Counted from the first letter of the stretch, positions 34,760 to 46,044 are shown. The stretch: 64,000 bases of DNA from an uncultured Methanosarcinaceae archaeon (GCA_963721455.1 CAVRJG010000045.1:32001-96000), one strand, 5' to 3'. Made by a program: numbers and translations. The notes: a model not told the origin generated them from the sequence alone.

Positions 34760-37034
34760 TTATTGCAGCGGCGGCCCATCGCGGGTGTATGCCGTTGAAT
34801 CCAGAACAGCCAGCCAGTCGAAATCGGTGAAGCTTTGGGGAGTTAGTGGGACAAAAAAGGAGGTGGAAGACCAAGAACTATTACAGACGAATCTCGTGCA
34901 TGGATGATCAAGATTGCATGTATGAAACCAAAAGATTTTGGGTATCCACATGAAATATGGACACAGAGACTCTTAACTAAATATGTGCAGAAAAACTGTG
35001 TCAAGGAAGGACATCCTGAATTATCAAAGATAAGTCAGGGAACGATTTCAAAAATCTTGAACGCAAGTAGCATAAAACCACATAAAATCAAGTATTACAC
35101 CGCCAAAGTGGACCCAGATTTTGATGAAAAGGCAACGAAAGTTTTGGGCACATATAAAGAAGTTAAAAAACTAAAAAAAAAATTAAAAAAAAGAAAACGT
35201 TAGATAGAGCAATATTTTCATGTGATGAAAAAACAGGTATTCAAGCTATTGGGAATAAGTATCCAGATCTGATGCCAGTAGAAGGAAAATATCCTAAGAT
35301 GGCAAGGGATCATGAGTATATTAGACATGGTACTCTTTCATTATTTGCTTGTACTGATCTGATTACTGGGAAAGTTCATCACAAAGTTTTTGAAAAAAAT
35401 AGAAGTCGTGAGTTTATTGAGATTTTGAAAGAAATAATTTCAGATTACCAGGATACAAAAATAGTCGTGATTCTTGATAACTACATAATACACATATCAG
35501 AAGAAACTAAAAAATATCTAAGTACCTTGGAAAAGGGAAAGTTAAAGTTCGTATTCACACCAATACATGGAAGCTGGTTGAATATTATTGAAAGTTTCTT
35601 CAGCAAAATGATTAGAAGCTTTTTAAGGGCAATAAGAGTAGAATCTGTAGAGGAATTGAAGGATAGGATTGCTCAATACATAAATTTACTCAATGAGGAA
35701 CCTGTGATATTTATGTGGAAATATAAAGTTGAAGAAAAAGATAAGATTCCTGGTGGAATTGCGATATGAAAAAAATATGCAATTAATTTGGAATCGATGC
35801 AGTAGGTCGGGTTCTTCATACTGCCCGAGCGAGTCGGAAGAGCTTCAATTTCCGAGGCTGGAAGCTCCTTGCCTCTGTGAGTTGGAATTAACCGCACCGG
35901 CCCCGGTACAGCAGTCAGTCTCTCCTCAAGCGTGCCTGCATCGGGCTGGCCAATGCCATTGGCATCAGAAACGCCCACTGCCGAACCGATAACGGCATAG
36001 CGCGGGCCGAACATCTCATTGAGATGAGATCCCACCGGCCACCATGTTAACAAGTCAGTGCCCAATTGCCATTGAGCCTTTCCACGCTTCAGATGGCTGT
36101 TGTGAGCAAAGGTAAACACTTTCCCCCGGCCACGCTCAAAGGACACCATGTACGCCAGATTATCCGCCATCAACGCGTCACGGATGCCGAGAAGTCGGAC
36201 AAGCCGATCGCCCGAATTTTGCGCCAACACAGCATGATAGTTTAATAGCTGCCGTGCCACAGACGCATAATTCATGGCTTCCAGATAGTGGCTTTTGTCA
36301 CTTTTAGCCACCAGTTCGGGCCGGCGTACGCATAGTTCTGAAATAAGATCTTCCGTCTCAATTCGCAGCGCAGTTGCGGCTGGTGACAGGCCTATTGACT
36401 GCGTCGGGTCAAGTGCTGCAGCAGGATTCTCCCAATCGGCGTCCTGGCCGAGAAGCAGGTCGATGCGTTCGCGATGCTCCTGGCTGCTGTCATTATCAAT
36501 CGAGGAGAGGTAATCGAGCACAAAATGCAGGACTTGCCTCGGACTATCGGTGCCTATCATCTCTGTCGGACTATCGAAGCCGTAGAACTGGAGTTTGACG
36601 CTATGGGAAGGGGCGGCATTGTAGCGCCGCATCCACTCCACGAGTTCTCGATTCGCATTGAGCCGGCCGAAGCCGTGGCTAAATCCGGTGTCCTGTACAG
36701 CCTCATACGATGCAGGGCCGTGACCGGCTATGTACTCATTCACTACACGAGCCCGAGGGAAACTGCTTTCGATGGCAATGGCGCTGTAGCCATGCGTTTC
36801 CACTAAGCGCTGGAAGAGCCGGTTGCGAAATATAAGAATGTCTTCGCCGCCGTGAAGTGCTTCTCCAAAGCCAAGCAACTCCACCGATTCGTCAAGTGAG
36901 GCTATGACCCTGTCGATGGAAGCGTTGAAGGTTTCGGACGAATCGACAGAGAACGGGATCGCTTCGTGTAGAATCCAATCGTCGAGGGTGGTATATACCG
37001 GGTCGGAACTCCTATGAAATAAACTTTCTTTCAT
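34760..37034 (-). pseudogene. Erythromycin esterase (EreA/EreB-like) family protein interrupted by IS630
   Basis: GEALHG, FYGFD, RDALMADN, AHNSH; stops at KNPTY at the IS end and resumes VPLTPQSFTDFDWLAVLD...Q* beyond it. Confidence 0.85.
34849..35801 (+). mobile_element. IS630-family element, 5'-truncated copy
   Basis: Matches 59663-60615 (953 bp) by inspection; lacks the left 300 bp and left TIR. Confidence 0.9.
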
Positions 37035-37401
37035 TTCCCAAGACCTCCTGGTAATTAGGCCAATCCATATATTTTTTTCATCTTTTTTCTCAAAGTCAAT
37101 AACTTTTAATTCTTCTGTTGCCGGATGTCATATAACGAAAAACGCTGGCCGCGATTAGAAAGGCGCAGACGGAGAATAGTTTCATGTAGCCTGTTTCGGG
37201 TTGACAGCGTTCATTACTCCAGTCCTACGACGTCTCAAATCGCCTCTAATTCAATCCTTGTCGATTTTGTTAGCCTTGAATTTGGGGTTCTGAGAGTCGA
37301 TTCTCAAGAAATAAGGGCAATCCTTAACATTTCTTATGGATCGTATCTTAACCGAATACAAATGAATAAAATTTAAAAAACGCGAGGAAAATTTTTGGGT
37401 T

Positions 37402-38268
37402 TTATATATTTACTCGTTCATTTAGATTTTCATTTACAATTTCTAGTGTATTTTTAATGAATTCCAGATCGACGTCATCATACTCTTCTTTATAATTATT
37501 TATTATATCGAAGATTTTTTCAGCTAAATCATAAGGGCTACTAGATTCTTTTTCATTTTCTTGTTCTTCAATTTCCTTATAATCTATTTCCTTCTCTTCT
37601 TTAATTTCATCAAAAATTTCTTTTTCTTCAATTTCCTTCAACGCAATTTTAATATTAGGAATCTCTTTTTTCCCAACCTTTTCAATAATTTCTTTTTGTA
37701 CTTCAGCGGGCTTTTGAGATAATTCAACTATATCTTTTCTCGTACCTTTAATTTCTCTACCAAGCATTTTATAAGGATTTATACTAGCGTTATTAGCAAC
37801 CTCATCTATTGCATTAGCAAATTTCTCTGCTTTTCTTACAGTTACAGGAGTTACTTTGTATTTCTCTGCTATTCTTTGTTCGATTACACTATTTTTGGGT
37901 CGTAAAGTGACTAAATTATTTCCAAATTTTGGTCTAAATTCTTCTTTTTTTTCTTCCTGATACCTCTTTCCAATCAAATATGATCTCTGCTCATTGGTCA
38001 TGCTTCTTCGATTCAATTGATTATTAATGATCCAATTTATCGCTTCAAACCTGTCATTAAATTCTTTTTCAGATACTGGAAACTCTATATTGAACTCCTT
38101 ACAAATTGAATACCTATTATGACCATCAATAATAATATTATCCCAAATAACAATGGGATATGAAATATCATATCCATTATTCACAATACTCTCTTTTAAG
38201 CCCTGAAATTCTTCTGGTTTCATTGGAGGTATTAAATTTTTGAATTCGGAATCTATTATCAGTTCCAT
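37402..38268 (-). CDS. ParB/Srx-like N-terminal domain protein with HTH (plasmid/phage type)
   Basis: L.IDSEF..LIP.M...EF..L.ESI...G...PIV.W...IIDGHNRY, NQL.RR, IAEKY.V...TV. Confidence 0.75.
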   Translation of the reverse strand: MELIIDSEFKNLIPPMKPEEFQGLKESIVNNGYDISYPIVIWDNIIIDGHNRYSICKEFNIEFPVSEKEFNDRFEAINWIINNQLNRRSMTNEQRSYLIGKRYQEEKKEEFRPKFGNNLVTLRPKNSVIEQRIAEKYKVTPVTVRKAEKFANAIDEVANNASINPYKMLGREIKGTRKDIVELSQKPAEVQKEIIEKVGKKEIPNIKIALKEIEEKEIFDEIKEEKEIDYKEIEEQENEKESSSPYDLAEKIFDIINNYKEEYDDVDLEFIKNTLEIVNENLNERVNI

Positions 38269-38785
38269 TTTATTTTTCCCCTTTGTTCAGCTATCTTTCA
38301 ACCTTACCGATTACATTAAAATAGATTTCTGGTATTATTCACTTTCTTATCTGATTTTTTAAGTAATTATTTTACCCAGTTTCCGCAGATATACACAAAA
38401 ATGCCAAACGTGATGATAAGCCTTTCATCCTTAACAGCCATATTTTAGAAAGAGTCGAATCCGTAAAATTTCAAAATTATTTTCAGGATCAGAAGCTACA
38501 TTTATCATTCAAATTCTAAAATTAGGAGAAGCAATTTTGAGTTTTGGGGTCAGCTCTTTAAAAAAGGTGATTAATCCATTTTGGGGCTGTAATCATAAAT
38601 GTATCTTAGAAACTACCGACCTGAATTTTTTTGATTTTATAGTCGATTTTTCTCTTGTGCAAGAAGCTATTTACCTTTTCCCATCGTTATCTACTTATAC
38701 TTTTTATCACATTTATATAGTTGATCCATAGGTTCAGTCCCCGATGTATGAAGAAGACGTACAAAGGAGGGATGTAACTCAACTA

Positions 38786-38935
38786 AGTGGTAACTTGATT
38801 AAAGTAATTTAACTAAGTAATGACTTAAATGAGTAGTAACTTGATTAAAGTAATTTAACTAAGTAATGACTTAAATAAGTAGTAACTTGATTAAAGTAAT
38901 TTAACTAAGTAATGACTTAAATGAGTAGTAACTTA
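38786..38935. repeat. AT-rich 46-bp tandem repeat, about 3.3 copies
   Basis: AGTAGTAACTTGATTAAAGTAATTTAACTAAGTAATGACTTAAAT(G/A) starting at 38786, 38832, 38878, partial at 38924. Confidence 0.95.
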
Positions 38936-39101
38936 CTAAGTACAGAACTAAATTACATAAAATGGGACTAAGTCCTATGGATCACTAAAAGATTCTAAAA
39001 GCCTTTTTCTACATAGATTTTTGATAATAGGGGAATTAGACGGCATCTAGTATTTGATAAATGTGTTTTAAACTTGGAGCCTATCCCGAAATTAATATTT
39101 A

Positions 39102-39283
39102 TGGGCTCTTCGCTGTTTTGTATGGGTTGAAAATAATTGCTTAGTTAGACAGTTGTCCGGCCAAAATGAAAAACATCGAGCTTGACTGTGATTTTCAACA
39201 ACAAACGTTTCTAAATTTTATGCATGCTACTTCCATAGTTAGAAATGGATGTAAATTACCCACTCGAAACAGCGAAGAGCCCA
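39102..39283. mobile_element. MITE flanked by TA
   Basis: TIR TGGGCTCTTCGCTGTTT / AAACAGCGAAGAGCCCA with TA on both sides. Confidence 0.75.
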
Positions 39284-39659
39284 TATAGTTGGAAAATACT
39301 CCCTCGAATTTGAAGAGGATACATAATACTATGAGAAATTTGAGGAATTCTTGAAACAAGTAGAAAGCTTCTTTGAATACATTGGTCAATGTGATTCAGA
39401 ATTAAAGCAGTTATTAACTCAAAAAAAGCAGTTATTAACTCAAAAATTCCAAATTTTATAAGACGATGAGTATAAATATTGTTTCAGGTCTGGTTTGTTT
39501 ATTTTTATTCAGAATTCCGGTCGTGGAGGACAGTTACTGAAAACCGCAAACAGAGGATTGGTCCTCAAATCTGGACAAAGAAGGTAGGTGTGCCCGTTTT
39601 TTCAGATTTGGTCAATGACTCACGGACACGACCTTAATTTGGAGAAGGTTTAAACCTCC

Positions 39660-40607
39660 TCACCAATACACTTCATACGAACTTATAATACCCATCGGAT
39701 CAAAATAAACGTTCTTAATAAACAAAGGAATTGTTTGATACTCAATTCCATTTGCTAATTTTACACTGGAATCCCAAGATTCCCCTCCGTTTGGAGAGCC
39801 AGTGCAATCAATATATATCATTCCTTCGTCTGATGTCTGGAACGCATTGCAGCAATGGTTTACCCCATCGACTGTAACCCATCCAGCTTTATATCCCACC
39901 TTCTCAGCATTGTTATGTACTGTCTCTGCAAAATCTCCACATGTATATTTTCCAGGAATGTATCTTTGTTCATCTGTTTTGTCTTTTTTGATAAAGGATA
40001 GCAGTTGACTGTACGTAGGATTGACAGCACTATTATTATTTATCAATGATATTTGGTGACCATCTGCACCAACCCAATACGTATTTCCTTCATGTGGATG
40101 AACGGTTACAAAACTTGCACTTGTAGTACTATCTGTAGAGCCGTCGTTACTGCTTTGATCAGTGGAGTCACTTAAGCTGTTACTTGAACCGTCGGGATAG
40201 CTGTTACTTGAACCATCGTTACAATTGTTACAGGAGCCATCGTTACAATTGTTACAGGAGCCATCGTTACTGCTTTGATCAGTGGAATCACTTAAGCTGT
40301 TACTTGAACCGTCGGGATAGCTGTTACTTGAACCGTCGGTATAGCTGTTACTTGAATCGTCGGTATAATTTTTACACGAACCATCGTTACAGCTTTGATC
40401 AGTGGAGCCACTAAAACTGTTGCTACGTGCTGCTGACTGTCAGTGACATGCCAAAAAAGACTGATGTGAAAACACGTTGTGGTTATGTCCATGCATTTGG
40501 CTTATTCTGTCCTCCATGTGGTTATCCTAGGCTAGACTTGATGCTACAGTATGCGGACCGAAACTTAATAGGACAATCCGAGCTATTATGTCGAATATTC
40601 CTTACAT
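39660..40607 (-). pseudogene. Secreted Ser/Asn/Asp-repeat protein with C-terminal transglutaminase-like (Cys-His-Asp) domain; three in-frame stops near 5' end
   Basis: One frame from ATG 40607: M*GIFDIIARIVLLSF...*...*QSAARS-[SSNSYPDG/SCNNCNDG repeats]-...YTCGDFA..HCCNAF..YIDCT. Confidence 0.6.
40141..40410. repeat. Nested 21-bp and 120-bp coding repeats
   Basis: 40141-40215 recurs at 40261-40335; GCTGTTACTTGAACCGTCG units. Confidence 0.85.
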
Positions 40608-42031
40608 TGTTTTATCCTATTAGTTTAGATTTAATCAACGACCATTGTAATCGAAATTTCCTGGGATAGTCTCCACATCAACTACTTAAATTTTCCAAAG
40701 ATTATAATAGAAAACAACTTTAAAGCTCCAATGCTTTACTGGCAATGAAAACATTATCAATCCAGAATTAATTACCCTCCCGACATATCTCTTTAACAAT
40801 GAAGAGATATATTGAAGAGGTAGTGACTCTCTATATCTCTCTACAGTTCTTCATACCGATTGAGTGAATTTTTTAAGTTTTTTTCAGTAGACAGTTCAAA
40901 CTTAAAAAGTCTGTCCTGCGATCTTGTATACTTTTCACTTTTCCAAAAAATAGGCACCAATCAATGCAATTTAATTTAATACCCGTTGCAGCAATTAACC
41001 TGAGATATTAAACTAAGGCTAAAAGTTGAAAGTATTATCATAAAATACAAAGAAATAACCCCATTTTCTCAATGAAAAAGTTGTAAAAGTATCTCAAATA
41101 AAAATAGAACATTCTTTTATAAAAAATTTTCTCTCTGATATATCTCGCCCTGTTCACCCTCTGGACTTATTGAAAATTTACAAAATGTGTTCTCCTTTAA
41201 ATACATTTAGAACCGATATTCCGCACATATACACGAATGTAGAATTTATTTGCCGATTTGCCCACTATTATTCATTAAAGGTGAGATGAATTTTTACGCT
41301 CTGCCGTATTGAGAAAATCGATGGTATTTTTGTAGATTTCTGTGGGAAGTAGGTAATATTCTTTTGTGTAGTGCAAGTTAAGCATCAACAAAAGAATTTT
41401 TTAAGGGTATTTACTGAATGCTGTGCTTTTTTAATGCTTTTTACTTGCCATTCATTGAAATTAATTGGGCCAGGTGGATTTTAAAAAAGATAAAAAGGTA
41501 AGAAGCTTGATTTATTCTAAACATTGCTGAGTATTTTAAGTTCCAGTATTATTATATAATATTTATATAATTATGTAATTGATAAGAACTCCGGGAGCTT
41601 AATTTGGGAACCTAATTTAGTTCAAACTGTCAGGGTAGAATTATGCATGATTCCAAATTATGGGAATAAAACTGGACTTTGAAATCAACACTTGCCAAAG
41701 AGTTCCCATGAAAAACTACAAATGGACACGGATAAACACGAATTGAAATCATATGTGTTCATCTGTGTGTATCCTGGGTTTATTGAGGATATATGGAATC
41801 GATGCATTAGCTGTCAGAGAAGAATTATTATTCGCTGGATATTTGGATCAGTTATTGGTCTGTAAAAAGTTTGCCATTTTTTATTCACGCAGACACGGGT
41901 TTGTAGATTCGGGAAGATAAGGGTTGATACTTAGATCGATAAAGATCCAACTAACATGAGATGACATCGAAACATATCTTACTGTCAAAATCCGGAGTTC
42001 CGAACAATTAATTGAGTGGGGATGTATAAAT

Positions 42032-43057
42032 ATGGTGAAAAAATCTGAAGGTAAGAAGATAGAGGAAGCGTCACCTGAGATACCAACTAAACGCACCTGT
42101 GGAACAATGGACGTTCATCTCAGACTGTTAGCAGAGTCGACATCATATGCGCAAGAGCGCACTCGAATTGAAAATCTGGCTTTTGAATATAAAATGGGCT
42201 TACGGGCACTCTTTCGGACAGGAATCGTCCGGATTCCTGTGGTAATTCATGTTATATGGAATAAAGAAGAGCAGAATATCTCTGATGCCCAGATACAGAG
42301 CCAGATGGATGTCCTCAACAAAGACTTCCGTAAGTCGAATCCCGACGTGTCGCAGGTTCCTCCTGTCTGGAGCAATCTCCCGGCAGACCTGGGGATTGAG
42401 TTTTTCCTCGCAACAAAAGATCCGAATGGAAATCCGACTTCAGGAATAACTCGCACCCAGACCTCAGTGGAACGTTTCGATTCCAGTGACAAAATGAAGT
42501 TCGGAGCCACTGGCGGCAAGGATGCATGGCCTTCTGACCGTTATCTAAATATGTGGGTCTGTCCGCTTGGCGGCGGTCTACTGGGTTACGCGCAATTTCC
42601 CGGAGGTCCCGCTGAAAAAGACGGTGTTGTTATTACTCACACAGGGTTTGGTACCACTGGAACTGCCTTACCGCCATTTGACAAGGGACGGACGGCGACC
42701 CATGAAATTGGTCACTGGTTGAACCTTTTCCACATCTGGGGTGATGACTGGAGTGGATGCACGGGCTCGGACGGGGTTGATGACACTCCAAACCAGGCAG
42801 GGAGTAATACTGGCGTTCCGGCATTCCCACATGTTAGTTGTAACAACGGGCCAAACGGCGATATGTTCATGAATTACATGGACTACGTTGACGACAACTG
42901 CATGGTTATGTTCACGCAAGGTCAGGCAACTCGTATAAATGCGTGCCTCGAAGGACCACGGTCATCGTTTCTCAATGCGGCGGAAAGCACAGAGAGGGAA
43001 AAAGCACCGTCGAAGAATAAACCTACAAGGAAGATGGAAGGAAAGCCATCGATGTGA
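42032..43057 (+). CDS. M43 pappalysin-family zinc metalloprotease (ulilysin-like)
   Basis: Cys-switch CG at Cys23, [15 protein letters not shown], Met-turn NYMDYVDD; 341 aa. Confidence 0.92.
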   Translation: MVKKSEGKKIEEASPEIPTKRTCGTMDVHLRLLAESTSYAQERTRIENLAFEYKMGLRALFRTGIVRIPVVIHVIWNKEEQNISDAQIQSQMDVLNKDFRKSNPDVSQVPPVWSNLPADLGIEFFLATKDPNGNPTSGITRTQTSVERFDSSDKMKFGATGGKDAWPSDRYLNMWVCPLGGGLLGYAQFPGGPAEKDGVVITHTGFGTTGTALPPFDKGRTATHEIGHWLNLFHIWGDDWSGCTGSDGVDDTPNQAGSNTGVPAFPHVSCNNGPNGDMFMNYMDYVDDNCMVMFTQGQATRINACLEGPRSSFLNAAESTEREKAPSKNKPTRKMEGKPSM

Positions 43058-43208
43058 AACGCCCTGGAGTGTTTGCTACCGGTATCGGAGCTGCACTGTT
43101 CATAAATGAGATCTCGTTTAAACGGGGCCAGTCAGTACCGGTTATGGATATGTGGGCGGGGTAATTGGTAACTTCTGATCTGGTACGGGCAAATATAAAG
43201 GACAAACT

Positions 43209-43538
43209 ATGACCGATTTACCTGATGAGATCTTCCGGAGATGGACACACTCCTTTGAGGAAGATGCGAATGGGATAACTGTGTATAGGCCAGTTGAGTA
43301 CGAGTTTCCGCGAGCTCGCGGCCGGGGAGGAATCGAGTTCAGGCCTGATGGGTTGTTCATCGATTGGGAAATTGGCCCTACTGATGCCTCCCGTGGAATT
43401 AATGGACGCTGGAAGGTGGAGGATCCTGGACGTGTGCGTGTATCTTTCGAAGGTAATGTTCGGGAGCCTCGAATCCTGGAAATTCTTCAGTGTGACGCGG
43501 AGATATTGAAAGTGCGGGAGCTGCCAGCATCTTCCTGA
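43209..43538 (+). CDS. Hypothetical beta-rich protein (109 aa)
   Basis: GGA RBS and ATG; W.HS.EED....VYRP..Y.FP.ARGR.G.EF..DG pattern; co-oriented in the cluster. Confidence 0.7.
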   Translation: MTDLPDEIFRRWTHSFEEDANGITVYRPVEYEFPRARGRGGIEFRPDGLFIDWEIGPTDASRGINGRWKVEDPGRVRVSFEGNVREPRILEILQCDAEILKVRELPASS

Positions 43539-43559
43539 TCTGTACATGGTGGTGAGATT

Positions 43560-44813
43560 ACGGGGAAGTACATAGTACTCTCGGATTCAAGCGAAAAGAG
43601 CCGTGCTGAGGAATCGGCAAGGAATTTCGGAGCGCACTGGGCCCGTCTGGGGGATAAGACTGTAGAATGGACCGCTTCTGAAGAATGGGATGCTTTCGCC
43701 AATAAAGCCAGACAGGCAGGCATGAGCCTCGACCAGGCAGAAGGTTGCGAGCTGGTAGGCCAGCTTTACCTTGTCATCCAGACTGGAAGGGCATTCCAGG
43801 ACACATATCCGGAAGCCAGGATAGTCATCGAAAAAGGCCGCTATTTAGTGGTCGACTTGCTCCCCGAAGAAGTACGCCTTTTCGCTGAAAGCAAGGATGA
43901 TTGGTGGACAGTGCGCCCGCTGGCAATGGACAGCGTGATTATGGATATAGTAAAACCTGAAGCCAGGGCGGCCGTTCCCCGGGTACAGGCAAATATTGAG
44001 GCTATATCAGAATCTACGTACAGTTCTTACCTGATCTCGCTGGTGAATTTCCTGACTCGTCATTCCCTGAGCTCCCAATTTGCCAGCGCAGCAGCGTGGG
44101 CGGTAGATCAGTTACAGAGCCTTGGTTACCAGGTGAAACTGTATCCAATCAATATTGGAGAAGGCAGTAGCTATAATGTCGTGGCAGACCGTCAGGGTAG
44201 TGAAAGTGGATCCCGTAAACTGGTGCTTGTCATTGCTCACCTGGATTCGATTAACATAAGAGGCGGGGAGAATGCGCCTGCTCCAGGTGCAGACGACAAT
44301 GCAAGCGGTGCTGCGGGAGTTCTGGAGATCGCACGCGTGCTTGCTGAGCATCCTGCAAAACATGACCTGAGGCTCATCCTTTTTGGCGGGGAGGAAGAAG
44401 GACTTCATGGGAGCAAACAATATGTCAGAGGGTTGCCAGAAAATGAACGCGCCCGTATTAGTGCAGTTATCAATATGGATATGGTTGCGACCTTAAATAC
44501 CGCATCTCAAGCTGTCCTGCTCGAGGGAGCCCCAGTTTCCCGGAATCTAATGGAAGAACTTGCAGGAGCTGCTGCCACATACACATCACTGACTGTCCAG
44601 ACATCAGAAAGCCCATTCGGAAGTGATCATGTACCTTTCATCGATGAGCTTATCCCTGCGGTTCTCACGATCGAGGGAACTGATAGCTCAAATGCCAATA
44701 TCCATACTGCTAATGACATGCTTGATCACATCCACTACGGACTCGCGCTGGACATTATTCGGATGAATCTCGCTGTTACTTCGAAGCTTCTTGATGGTCC
44801 GCAGATACCCTAA
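43560..44813 (+). CDS. M28 family zinc aminopeptidase with N-terminal prodomain
   Basis: AHLDS, PGADDNASG, GEEEGL.GS, NMDM, SDH.PF, IHT.ND; frame open from 43539, first ATG at 43722, RBS points to ~43557-43560. Confidence 0.88.
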   Translation, partial: TGKYIVLSDSSEKSRAEESARNFGAHWARLGDKTVEWTASEEWDAFANKARQAGMSLDQAEGCELVGQLYLVIQTGRAFQDTYPEARIVIEKGRYLVVDLLPEEVRLFAESKDDWWTVRPLAMDSVIMDIVKPEARAAVPRVQANIEAISESTYSSYLISLVNFLTRHSLSSQFASAAAWAVDQLQSLGYQVKLYPINIGEGSSYNVVADRQGSESGSRKLVLVIAHLDSINIRGGENAPAPGADDNASGAAGVLEIARVLAEHPAKHDLRLILFGGEEEGLHGSKQYVRGLPENERARISAVINMDMVATLNTASQAVLLEGAPVSRNLMEELAGAAATYTSLTVQTSESPFGSDHVPFIDELIPAVLTIEGTDSSNANIHTANDMLDHIHYGLALDIIRMNLAVTSKLLDGPQIP

Positions 44814-45069
44814 ATTTCTGTCTGGACCAGAGGCAGCATCCCAGGCTTACATGGCACGGCACCAGGAAGTGCAGACAGGGCAGAAAACCAGAAAGGGCTG
44901 TGGTATTTTAATGCCCTGGAAAAGTAGCGGCCGATTATTAATAGACTGTAAAAAACGGTAAAGACCATAATTCTTCTTTTAAAATAATAACATGAGAGCA
45001 GGCGTATTTTGTTATAAAGTATCAAAAAATAATAAATCAAAAAATAAATCGAAAAGAGTGGGGTATGAA

Positions 45070-46044
45070 ATGATTGGTATGGCAGCTGCTTATGAAAAGG
45101 TGAAAATTCCGGAAACTGGACAGACTTTTGGGACTGGTTGGCTCCCTCCGTTACCGGACTTAAGAGATTACACAGAAGTAACTACAAAAGAAGATGCAAA
45201 GATTCCCGATATGGCAGAAAAACTCGGCATCCAGCCCTTCACAAAGAAATTTGAAGCCCCGGAATTGCCCACGTTGGTAGATCTCAGGAATTGGTGTTCA
45301 CCGATTGAAAACCAGATGGATCTGGGCTCCTGTACTGCCCACGCATGTGTAGGAGTAATTGAGTACTTCGAGCGGCGGGCCTTTGGGAATTATATTAATG
45401 GGTCAAGGCTTTTTGTCTACAAGACGACCAGAAACCTGATGGGAGTCAAGGGAGATACCGGGGCCTGGCTCCGGAATACCATAGCCGCAATAGCCTTTTG
45501 CGGTGTCCCGCCCGAAAAATATCATCCTTATACTGACAGGAAAACCCCGGGACAGGCGGGGGAACCGACCTTTGATGAAGAACCCTCAAACTTTGCATAT
45601 TCGCTTGCCGACAATTTCGAAGCCATGAAGTATTTCTGCCACGACCCGCAGGGCATGAATTTCCCACCCGCAGATGTCCTTTTCAGCGTGAAAAAGTATC
45701 TTGCGGCAGGGATACCCTCAATGTTCGGCTTTTTTGGGTTTCCCTCCTTCAACGATTCAGATGTCAAAGGCGGATTCCCCTTCCCTGGACCCAAAGAGAA
45801 GGCAATATGGGGCCACGCAGTCGTTGCTGTCGGATATGACAATAACATGAAAATCAAAAATAGACTCAGCGACAAGGAAACCATCGGTGCCCTCCTGATC
45901 CGCAACTCATGGGGCCCAGGCTGGGGAGACCAGGGATATGGCTGGCTGCCCTATGAATACGTCCTGAACAAATTTGCAGTGGACTTCTGGTCTCTTATCT
46001 CAATGAACTGGATTGACACAGGGAATTTCGGGCTTGAACTTTGA
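45070..46044 (+). CDS. Papain-like cysteine protease (C1A)
   Basis: VDLR, ENQ..LGSCTA (Gln/Cys), GHAV, IRNSWG..WGD.GY. Confidence 0.92.
   Translation: MIGMAAAYEKVKIPETGQTFGTGWLPPLPDLRDYTEVTTKEDAKIPDMAEKLGIQPFTKKFEAPELPTLVDLRNWCSPIENQMDLGSCTAHACVGVIEYFERRAFGNYINGSRLFVYKTTRNLMGVKGDTGAWLRNTIAAIAFCGVPPEKYHPYTDRKTPGQAGEPTFDEEPSNFAYSLADNFEAMKYFCHDPQGMNFPPADVLFSVKKYLAAGIPSMFGFFGFPSFNDSDVKGGFPFPGPKEKAIWGHAVVAVGYDNNMKIKNRLSDKETIGALLIRNSWGPGWGDQGYGWLPYEYVLNKFAVDFWSLISMNWIDTGNFGLEL

Noticed and set aside
38730-38745. GGTTCAGTCCC as a possible attR copy of the tRNA-Thr 3' end
   Set aside because: Too short and gapped to be significant
38786-38935. CRISPR array
   Set aside because: Repeats are contiguous with no unique spacers; no cas genes
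40141-40410. CRISPR-like repeat array
   Set aside because: Periods are multiples of 3 and encode a Ser/Asn/Asp-rich peptide
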